NCBI GenBank assembly: GCA_050273025.1
Contig: CP158636.1
Coordinates: 9,796,001-9,860,000, forward strand
DNA length: 64,000 nt
Reading direction: 5' to 3'
DNA from: Cenococcum geophilum
Taxonomy: Eukaryota
Made by a program: the position numbers and the translations under genes. Below, in pieces: positions 14,001-25,553 of the stretch (position 1 is the first letter of the stretch; the number at the start of each line of letters is the position of its first letter). The notes beneath the pieces are model-generated. The model was not told where the DNA came from. It saw only the letters and a program-made list of their open reading frames with translations, and made no database searches.

Positions 14001-15312
14001 GTATAGTAAGAAACTATAGTCACTAGAAAGTAAAAAGCTATTAGAATATATAGTATAGGACTATAAGATAGAATTAGAACTAGGAATAAGTTTAAGGTTT
14101 TTTCCAATCTATAAGCTTACTAAAGAGGAAGGTAGAGTACTAAAAGAGTTTATTTAGGAAAACTTACAAAAGGGATCTATTAGACTATTATAGTTATTAG
14201 CGGGTTATCTAGTACTATTTATACTAAAGAAGAATAGCAAACTAAGACTATATATCGACTATAAGTAGTTAAATAGCATTACTAGAAAGGATAGGTATCC
14301 TTTACCCTTAATTAGCAAAATTTAAGACAGGATAGGCAACGCGCAAATCTTTATAAAGATAAATCTAAAATAGGTATACCACCAGATTAGGATTAAGAAA
14401 GGCAATAAGTAAAAGGCAGCCTTTAAATTAAAGGAAGGACTATATAAGCCATTAGTTATACAATTCGGACTTATAAACGTATTAGTAATGTTTTAAAAAC
14501 ATATTAATAATATATTAGGAGAACACTTAGATAAATTTGTTATAGCATATCTTAATAATATTATTATCTACTTAATAACTAAGGAAGAGTACAGAGAACA
14601 TATTAAATAGGTCTTAAAGAGACTATAGAAAGAACAGATACTAGTAGCAATTAAGAAATACAAGTTCTTTACTAAGAAGACCGATTTTATTGGATTTATT
14701 ATTAAACTAGGCTAACTTAGTATAGATCCCAAAAAGATTAAGGCTATAGTAAATTGGTAAGAACTAGAGAACGTTACGTAGTTAAGATTGTTTCTAGGGT
14801 TTTGCAATTACTATAGACGGTTTATAGTATAATAGTTAAAGGATATTAAACCATTTACGCGATTAATAAAGAAAGAAGAACTATAGGTATAGGGAGAGGG
14901 ACAGCAAAAATTATTTAAAAGGGTTAAAGAGTTATTTACCTAGGAGCTAGTTCCTAAAATCTATTAACTAGAACTAAAAACAGTTATAAAAACGGATATA
15001 TTAGACTATATACTAGGGGCGTGCTTTATATAAAAATATTAAGATAGATAGCACCTAGTGGCATACTATAGTTGGAAGATAACACTACTAGAATTAAACT
15101 ATAACATTTATAATAAGGAGTTGTTAAGTATAGTTATAGCACTAAAGGAATAAAAAGTATTCTTGTAAGGTATAAAGAAACTATTTATAGTTAAAACAGA
15201 TTATAAAAACCTAATAGGATTCCTAATAATAAAGAAACTTAACTAAAGATAGGTTAAATGGGCAGAGATACTTGCGGAATACTATTTTAAGATTTAGTAT
15301 ACTAAGGGTATA

Positions 15313-15547
15313 TGTAACCGACTACCGACACTGCGCTAAGACATAAGATCACCGCTTGGAAGGCTCCAAGGCGGCGTCAACGCCACCCAATATATTGGTT
15401 GCAGATCAATATTAGTGGCAGATTACCGTTCCCATTTCAGCTATCTATTACCCCATTACTTCTACCTTCTTCGTGTATATATAGAGCCTCTAGAGCTACA
15501 TTTACAATCAAGTCGTTCATTCAATTCTTCGCACTGCAAAGCTTACA
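15313..15547. mobile_element. Solo LTR (235 bp) of another family inserted in B1 pol
   Basis: tgtaa...ttaca termini; 5-bp TSD gtata (15308-15312, 15548-15552); absent at the equivalent B2 site (~43260). Confidence 0.92.
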
Positions 15548-17807
15548 GTATAGACAATATGCGAGCAGATACTCTAAGTTAAAAGGCTAAACTGCAAAAT
15601 AATAAAAAACTATTAGGGGTTTTACTACGAAAAGATATAGATAGACTAATTAGGTTTAATTATCTAAAAATTATAATAACTTAAAAAGAACTAAATAGAG
15701 TTTATAAGTTACTAAAAAGCTTTTAGGTATAAAGAATTTTAAAAGTATAGCTAGAAGATCTATAGATAGATATATATAAAAATTAAGAAGTAAAGTATAT
15801 CCTAAGAAGCATAGCAGAATACTTTATAGAAGATTTCTATAAGGAAATAACTTAAAAACATAATAGAGCCACGGGCTTAGTATTAAGACTCTAAGAGGAG
15901 TACATTATTAATAGAATCTAGGGCTTAGTACGGAAAGTTACTAAAAAATATCAAAATTACTAAAGAAATAAACTAACGAGGTATAAGCTATATAAAGGGC
16001 TATAACCTATTAAAATACTAGAAATACTATGGGAGGTTATATTATAGGACTTTATTATTAAGTTACTAAAGTTAAGAGATCCTATTACTGGATAAGATTA
16101 TAATGCGATTTTAGTAATAGTAGATAAGCTTATAAAGTAGGGATACTTTATAGCATGCATAGAAGAGATATTACTAGAAGATATTACTAGAATCTATATT
16201 AAAGAAGTATTTATAAGATATAGAGCACTAAGTAGGATTATATTAGATAGAGATCTAAGATTTATAGTAGCATTTTAGGAGGTATTCTTGGCGGAATAAG
16301 GAATTAAAGTAGCAACTTTTACTATATATTATTCGCAGACAGACAGTTAGACGGAAAGATTAAATTAAACACTAGAATAGCATCTAAGACACTATATTAA
16401 TTACGCACAGAATAATTAGGTATTATTACTACTAATTATATAGTTTATATATAACGCAATGCCATAAAAAGGGATAGGTATATTACTATTTAAGGCAAAT
16501 TACGGATATAAGCTAAGGACATTATTATTACTACGGTAAGTAAAGAAAACAAGTAGTACAGCTAAAGAAAGGATAAAGACACTAATAAATCTTTATATAA
16601 ACCTTATAAAATTAGTAAAGAAGGTATAAAAGAGAATAAAGAGGTACTATAATACTAAGAGATCTAAGGGACTAGATCTTAAGGAGGGAGATAAAGTATA
16701 GCTACTATATAAAAATTTTAAAAGTTAATAACTAAGTAAGAAGTTAGACCACGTTAGACTAGAACCTTTTAAAATTAAATAAAGGATTTTATTAGTTACG
16801 TTTAAGTTAAACCTACTAGCCAAAATAAAGATCTACCCTATATAGTATATTGTAATACTAAAGCTAGCACACGGGAATATTAAGCTATTAATCTATAAAG
16901 CAGACATATATAGAGGATAAGAAGAGGATAAATAGTAAGTTTTAAAGATCGTTAGCTATAAGGATATTAATAATAAAATATAGTATAAGGTTAAGTGGAT
17001 AGGCTATAATAAAACTACCTAGGAGCTATTAAAAAATTTAAAGAACGCTATAAGAAAGGTATAGGAGTATTAAAAGAGATTAGGTCAGGTAATATTAATA
17101 AAAAAGGATTACTAAAAAATAAGTCACCTAAGGGGGACCTAAGAAGAGCAGTTACTAAACTACTTAAATTTATTTCCTTCTTGGACGGAAGAGAATCTAT
17201 TCTTTTATCACTAAGTTCCTATAGACCTTATTCTATGAGTTTCTACTCTTTAAAATAGACCTTTTTATAACCCTTTTTAAGACTAAGTAAGTAAGTAAAC
17301 GCTGTAATATAAGCATTTAGAGCCTTCTGTTCCGCGTTATAAGAACATTCTAACTTAGTAAGGGCTTAAGACAGTTTACCATCTAGCCGCGCAGTAGTAG
17401 ATTAAATATAAGACCTTAAGACAAATCAATTAGGGAACTAGACGACTATTAAGAGTAATAGGTTACGTATATTTAGTATTAAAGGTAAAGCAAACGTTAC
17501 AGGATAAATAAATATTCGCTTTAGTGCACTTTAAGTAAGAAAACGGTTGTTATAAAGATAGGTTTACTAACGCAATATAAACTAACCCCTTTTTTAAACA
17601 GCAAGAATATGGAGATAGTATAATCTTACTAAGAGATAATATTGCGGTAATAGTATAAGCATAACGTTAGGCGTATAAAAAAGAAATTGCTTTAGGTATA
17701 ATAAGTAATAATATTAACTAAATTAATTAGATAGATATTATACCTCTAGTAAACAACTTAGAGATATTAGGAATCTTTAAGGACAAAAATAAAGAGGAGG
17801 GAGATAG

Positions 17808-18230
17808 TATTACGGACGCTTTAAGTACAATATTATAACTACTAGGAAAGGAGTTAGAAGAAGCTAGTTAGTTAATTTAGGCACGGTCTAAAATAGAGCT
17901 AATAAAACTATATAATAAGGAATAGTAACTAAGGTTATATAATATGCTATATATTAAATAAAAGGGATAAGAGGAACTTACGTACCTTATATATAATACG
18001 TATATTATATATAAGAAGGATTTTATAGGAGTACGGTTATATATTTAAGGACCCTTAGTCCCTACCTAGATAGTTCCTTCCTTATAGAAATTCTTAGAAT
18101 ATAATTAGAGTTAATCTATTGGGCAACCACTCCACCAGTTATTATTACGTTATTAACTTTAATTTATATTACCTATATACCTAGCCTAATAACAAGCCTA
18201 TCGTAGTACTTACTATAAGGTTCCGTTATA
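17808..18230 (+). repeat. 3' LTR of Gypsy B1 (423 bp)
   Basis: Homologous to 32278-32703 and 45523-45948; RIPed termini tattac...gttata. Confidence 0.9.
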
Positions 18231-20013
18231 TAAAATATACTCTACTAAGGTTCTTTAAATAAGAATTACACATTAAGCTAGGCATTTACTTTAAATATAA
18301 AAATAACTCCTACTTCTTTAACTACTACTCTATCCCTATACCTAAATATAATTTATAAATAGCTAATACTAGCAACTATTTACCGTATTAATCTTTTAGT
18401 TACCATCTCTAATTTTTATTTAGTTTTAGCCCTATATTTAGTAAGCACTACTTATAAGGGTAAAGCTATAACTAACGTTTTATAGAAACCCCTTCTCGCT
18501 TACTACTAAAAGGTATATTTTAAAGTTAAGTCGCTTTTTAGGACAGCTTTACCTTAGGATTTTATTAAATACTTTAAATATTATAAACTCTAACTCTTAG
18601 GATTATAGCATAACTATTAACTATTATCTTTAGTAAAATAATTAATAGGCTAATACTTAAGTCCTAATTAAAATAGGAGCTAGTAGTATAGGATTTATTA
18701 ATAAGATCTTTATATAAGATAATAGTTTTACCCTAACCCCCCTTAACTAGCATATTAATGTATTTAAATTTAATAGTAAATATATAGTTTTAGGCTAAAT
18801 TACCTATATAGTATATCTAAGACTATAATTTCTAAACTATAAAGAACTAATTAGGCTTTTTATTACTACCCTAGATTACTTAGTAATTCTTAGATAATCC
18901 TAAATAAAGCTATATAAGGTAACTATTAATTAAAATAACCTTAAGCTTCTATTTACCGCCTCCTATTATAGGCAAAAGTGCCTTATAACTTACTGCTTAG
19001 ACCTTAAACTAAAATTTAAAAAATCTACTAAGATCTACTAGTCTAAAATTTCTATTAACGTCTACTCTATATCTAAGAAGTCCACCTAATTCTACTAGCC
19101 TAAGAATTTTACCGAATTCTACTAATATAAGACTTTTACTAATATCTATTAAGGATCTAAAAATTCTACTAAACCCTATAAATAGACCTTAAGTACTATA
19201 CTACCCCGCGCTAAATTAAAGCTTAAGCTTATTATACGAAAATACTAAAAGGACTAGTACTTTATTATAAATAGTATACTTAAACAACCTAAACCTAAAT
19301 TTAATACCAACTCTATACCTAATACTAAATTTAAAACTAAATAAGAAACTATGTAAAAAAACTATAGACAACCTAAGCGAACTTAATACTCTAGATATCT
19401 ATATAATTAGAGCTACCCCACTAGCGCGACTTACTAAAAAACCCAAATATATAATCTTCGCTGTTATAATAGCCAATATTAAGAAGGCCTTAGTACTAAA
19501 GAAGTATACTAACCCTACTACAAAGGTACTAGTAGAGTATTATTACCGTCTAGATATATTCTTATAAAAAAAGTTAATAAACTACTAGAATACTAACTAT
19601 ACAACTATAAGATTATACTTAAAGAAGGAAAGTAGCCTAGATTTAGACCCTTATATAAAATATCCTAAAATAACTCTAAGTGCTATAAAAGTATTTAGAT
19701 AAGAACCTAAGTAAAGGATTTATTAGAGTAAGCTTATCGCCTATAGCCGTACTAGTAATCTTTATTAAGAAACCTAGCGGTAGTTTACGCTTCTATATAA
19801 ACTACCGAGCTCTTAATACTATTACTATTAAGGATTAATATCTAATCCCGTTAATAAAGGAGATACTAAACTAATTAAGTAAGGCTCGCTACTATATAAA
19901 GCTTAATATTATCTCTATATTTAACCGCCTCTATATAGCAAAAGGAGATAAATAGCTTACTATATTTTGTACTTAGTATAGATTATTTAAATACTTAATA
20001 ATGCTATTTAGCC

Positions 20014-21454
20014 TTTTTTTTTAATTTTTTTTTTATCCAATTGTATTATACTACGTACAATACTGCGCATGCAGCCTCTAGGCTATGGCGCTATAGTCCT
20101 ATATACATGAATCCTTCCCAGGCAGCTTAATATGTACTAGTAACTAAATAGACACTCTAGTCCGTTTTAAATACTAGGGGAGTTTTATCCTAGTATTTTG
20201 CTCTCTAATATTTAGTTTGCACTAAGGAAATAAAGAAATCCTAGCTCTTTTATCTATTTCTGCTATATTCTACCGTTCCTAAAGTAGAAAAAGCGCTCTA
20301 AAAGATAGATTTAGTAACATTTGCATATAAAAACAAAGGGCTCTATATAGTTTGCCAGCTTAGAAATAACTACCAGTTATTCCTATATAACTTTTTTCGG
20401 TAATATAACCTATTCTTCTCCTTACTTAAGAATAGGTAGGGAATTAGTAATTAATAGCTACTCTCCCTAAAAGTAGGCTACTAATAGTATTTTAGAAGGG
20501 CGAACCTTGCTATATAAACCCACCCTAGTAGGAAAAATTTTTATAAGGTTGTCTGTATAGGGTATAAATACCAATTTCCCTATACACCTTATATTTTACG
20601 TGCTAATAGTAATACGGGCTAGCCCCCTTCCCCTATCCCTTACTATAGCTACCCTAGTAGTGTATCGCCTGCGGTGCGCCTGCGGTACGCCTATAGTACG
20701 CCTTTAGTCCTCTATAATTTAATTGCCTATAGCGCGACAGCCATAGACTGGTTATAGTAGAGGTTATCTGCAGCACAATAGCTATAGACTAGATATAGGA
20801 GGTCGTCTACTCTATAGCAAACAGGTTATAGAAGAGGTCGTCTGCTCTACAGTAGACAGGTTATAAAAAAGAGGTTATCTGCTCTACAGTAGACGGGTTA
20901 TAGAAGAGGTCGTCTACTCTACAGCAGACGGGTTATAGAAGAGGTCATCTGCTCTACAGCAGACGGGTTATAGAGGAGGTCGTCTGCTCTACAGCAGACA
21001 GATTATAGAAGAGGTCATCTGCTCTACAGCAGACAAGTTATAAAGGAGGTCATCTACTCTGCAGCAGACAGGTTATAGTAGAATCGTTAGTTATGGTGGC
21101 TAGTCGTCTGCTCTATGGCAGACGGGTTAAGGAGAAGGTCGTCCGCTCTGTGGCAGACGGGTTATAGAGGAGGTCGTCCGCTCTATAGCAGACGGGTTAT
21201 AGAGGAGGTCGTCCGCTCTACGGCAGACGGGTTGTAGAGGAGGTCGTCCGCTCTGTGGCAGACGGGTTGTAGAGGAGGTCGTCCGCTCTGTAGCAGACGG
21301 GTTGAGGAGGTCGTCCGCTCTGTGGCAGACTGGTGGTAGTGGCTAGCGTCGTGATGACGCGTCCTTAGGGGGTATATAACCAGCGGCGCCCCTGCGACGA
21401 CGGCGGAGGAGCAAAGGGAGGCGACGGACGGAGGTCGAAAGGGAGGCGACGGAC
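20014..21454 (-). mobile_element. Non-autonomous LINE-tailed (SINE-like) retroelement with internal 35-bp tandem array
   Basis: TSD gctatttagcc (20003-20013, 21455-21465); poly(T) on + at ~20014-20034; adjacent ~110 bp is the reverse complement of the LINE-1 3' end; no ORF in the track. Confidence 0.9.
20797..21330. repeat. Tandem array of ~15 x 35-bp units (gaggaggtcgtc[c/t]gctct[g/a][t/c][g/a]gcagacgggtt[g/a]ta) in two blocks (about 8+7)
   Basis: Period 35 read directly (gaggtcatct at 20941 and 21011); short interruption near 21078-21102. Confidence 0.95.
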
Positions 21455-24400
21455 GCTATTTAGCCTTATAAATGCTCTAAGCTCGTTTTAATATTACGTA
21501 AATAATACCCTACGCCCCTACCTAGATATCTTCTATACTACTTATATTAATGACATTTTAATATATAGTAATAACCTAACTTTATCTTATAAGCCCTATA
21601 AGGAGCTAGCCTATAATTAGATATAAATAAATACAAATTTTATAAAATAGAAGTTCTATACCTTAGGCTTCTTATTTTTATAAATAGTATATAAATAGAC
21701 CTAAAGAAAGTTAAAGTAATTATAAACTAGTAAAAACCTAAAAACGTTAAGGATATAAAAGCCTTTATAGAATTTGCTAATTTATACTAACGGTTTATTA
21801 ATAACTTCTTCGCCCTAGTTTTACCCCTTATAGCTTTAACCTAAAAGGATAAAGCCTTTATTTACCTAAAGGTTATATTTACTACTCTACCTATACTCTA
21901 ATACTTTAACCTGGAATAAATAAGTATTATAGAAGCTGACTTATCTAATTACGTTACTAGAGGTATTCTGTCTTAATATAACAAAAAAGAAATATTATAC
22001 CCTATAGTATACTTTATAAAGCAACTAAGCCCCGCTAAATATAATTACAAAATTTATAATAAAGAATTACTAGCTATTATTAGATGCTTTAAGTAATAGT
22101 AACCTAAACTAAAAGGCGCCGAATTTCTAATTAAGGTCCTTAGTGACTATAAGAACCTATAATACTTTATAACCACAAAACAGCTAAGTTATTATTAAGC
22201 CCGCTAGTTAGAATATCTATTTTATTTCTAATTCTTAATTATATACCGCTTAGGCGTTTAAGGTTAAAAGCCTAATACCTTAACCTAATACTTGTAAGAC
22301 GCGCTAGCCTTAAAAAAAGCGCACTTTTACTAAAATTAAACCCTACTTCGCCCTAAACTATTTAACTCTCCTATTAAAGATCTTATAGTATACGTTCTTA
22401 AAATAACTAATTAATTAATTAAATAGATTATAGTTAATAAATACCTAAATAACGAGTTTATTTAAAAGACGCTTAAGCTAATATATAATGGCATTAAACG
22501 CTTAAAAAAGATTTCTTTAAGTAAATATAAAGCCTATAGAAACCGCCTAGTTATACCTAACTATAATAAACTTAAGCTTAAGCTCCTTAAATATATATAT
22601 AATCTACTAGTAGCTAGCTACCTAGACTAAAGAAAATCCCTAAAACTGCTCTAATAAGAATACTATTAGCCAAAAATATATAATATAATATAAAGGTACG
22701 TCTCTAGCTACTATATCTATTAATAAGCTAAAGCTTTATATAAAATATATAACGGCCTTTTAAAACCACTACCTATTCCGAACCAAAGATAGAAGGATAT
22801 CTTAATTAACTTTATTATAAACCTCCTTATAAGTAAGGGCTGTATAAATATTATAGTAGTTATAGACCGACTATCTAAAATAAAACACTTAATCGCCTAC
22901 CCTAATATATTAACACCTACAATTGCCTAACTATTTTTAGATTATATATAGAAACTCTATAGACTCTTTAAAACAGTTAATTCTAATAAAGGCAGCTAGT
23001 TTATCTTTATATTTTAGAAAGAACTAACTACCTAACTCCATATTAAAATACTATTATTTATAGTATACTACCTAAAAACGGATGGCTAAACGGAATATAT
23101 AAATGCTATAATAGAATAATATATTTAGATATACACGTTATACTTATAAGATAACTAGATTAACTAGCTTATATTTACTAAGTTTACAATAAATAATTCT
23201 ATCTTAAAAACTATAAATATATAAGGGCGCGAAGAGACTTCGGGGAAGATTTAATAGATCTAGTAAAACTTAGCAGAATTTAGATAAAGTATTAGAATTT
23301 ATCTGTCGAGTGTTTTACTAAGACGTTCCTACTATAACTAAGCTAGTCCCGTTATAGTACCCCCCCTTTTAACTAAAAGTTTAAAATAATTTAATTTAGT
23401 TAAGACTTATTACTTATTATGTTTATATAGTTACGTTAAGTGGTAGTATAGAGTTTTACTAATTCTATTATTAAATGGGCTAATTAGGATTTTCTATCCC
23501 TAGGACAAAAAATCGCTATTAGCTTAATTAAGGCGGTAAATAGAACTAATATTTTTATAGTAGGTCTTAGCAAGGCAAATCTAACTAATTAGATAACTTT
23601 AACTAGCGGTTAAAGTTCCTTAACATCTTTTATATTATGTAATTATATTATAAACATTATAACGTATTTTAAGTTCTTTTTAATTTTAAGTTTCCTGCTA
23701 TAATATTTCGTATATTTATATTAGGTAGTAGTTATTTACCTTTATATTATGTCTATCTAGCTAAAGTAGGCCGTAAAGGATAGTCTTTATATAATTCTTT
23801 TACTAGGGAAGGCGTGTTAGTCTTAATCTAGTTATAGGTTTTTTAAGTTTATATTTTATATCCTTTCTACTTAATAAGGAGTTTAAATTATTTAGATTAT
23901 ATTTTCTATTATATATCGTTAATTAAGTTAATAAAGTAAGAACTATTACCGTCGTTAATAATTATAAAAGGTGGCGGCGGCACTTCGCGAGTTATAGGTT
24001 TACCCTTTAAAGGTTATAGTAAGCTTATATAAATCGTTAGATGTATTTTTATCTTAGTTAGTAGTTTAAGCTTATAAGCGTATAAGCTTAGTCTTTTCTT
24101 AATTTAGTATAGGCCTATAAACTTTTAATTAAGTTTCTTTAAGGGTTATTAAGTCTTTAGGTTTTATATATTTAGGTAAACTATATTACCTTCCTTAAAG
24201 TCCTATCTAGGAGCTTATCCTTTATTTATATACTATTCTTATACTATTTAAGCGTACGCTAATTTACTTTATAATAGTTCTATTAACTACTTTATTTAAT
24301 TAGTAAAGTTATACATATTAATTAGTTAAATTCTCTTAATTATAGGTCCTATTATATTAATTTCGGGTTATAGTTTAAATCTAAGTTAAGGGTCTTATCT

Positions 24401-25553
24401 ATAGGTTACGTAAAACGGCATTATGCCTATTAATTTATTTCTTATATTATTTACAGTAAACTTAACTAAAAGGTAGCCACTTTTCCTAGTTATCTTATAG
24501 GTAGGAGTAGTATATTTATAGGTATTATTCTATAATTATATTTATAATTTTAGTTTAACTATCTATCTTTAAATAAAATATAGTTAAGAGTTATATTTAT
24601 ATACTTAATTATTTATATAGGGCTTACTAAAAGTCTAAAATAAACTAGCTTCTATAGTTAGATATTATTAAATTAAGAAGTTTATATAGCTTAAAGACGT
24701 ACTTAATAAAATATTCGGCTACTAATATTATATTAATTAAGTCTATAGGAATTATATATCGCATTTTTATAAAATAGTTAATAACTACTATAATATTTAT
24801 AACCCTATTACTATTAGGTAGGTTAACTATAAAGTTAATTAAGATATCGTGCTATCTTTATATTGGAATTAGTAATAGTTAAAGTACTCCTTACTTTTTT
24901 ATCTAAGAGGTCTTCCTATATATATATATTCTATATACTTAAACGTATATTTATATATAGTTGTGCATTATAGGCTAGTAATATACTTATTAAATAATCT
25001 TATAGATCGTTATATAGTTAGGATGCCCTACTATAGGGGAATTATATATAAATTTAAGTATCTTAAATTATAAAGGTTTAAAATTTAGGATTACTATTTT
25101 CTATTAATAGTATAACCAATTATTATGGATTTCGTATTTAGTAAGTATAATATTCTTATATTACTATTTTCCTATTTAAATTGCTTTTATTTTAATTACT
25201 CTCTAGGGGTTATTCTTATATTTATACTCTATTAATTTATTAATTTTTATATCCTATATATTAATTTCTAATTTATTTCTATTAAGCTCTATATTTAAAA
25301 ATATAGGGCGTAGTTTCTTAAAGCGTTTAGGGGGTAGTAAAATTTATAATTAATTTATAATCCGTTTATTAGGGGCGTTAGTAGATAAATCCTATAATTA
25401 TTATAATAATAAGTTAGGCTTTTAATTAAGTTTACTAGGTTAGTATATAATTTTAAAGTTAAATTATAAGAGGTATTTAGCTTAACAAATTTAGTATTAT
25501 ATTAATTGCTTTATAGTTATAAAGTACTATAGGTTTTTATAATCCATTAATAT

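Larger units (their letters stand above)
11046..18230 (+). mobile_element. Gypsy/chromovirus B1 (5' part outside window; interrupted by A1 and a solo LTR)
   Basis: Colinear with B2 from mid-gag (11046 matches ~33115); knuckle ~11695, protease LIDSG ~13586, RT, RNase H, integrase, chromodomain ~16985, PPT aaagaggagggaga, 3' LTR. Confidence 0.92.

Noticed and set aside
20797..21330. CRISPR array (35-bp palindromic repeats)
   Set aside because: Units are head-to-tail with no unique spacers, there are no cas genes, and the context is a eukaryotic retroelement.
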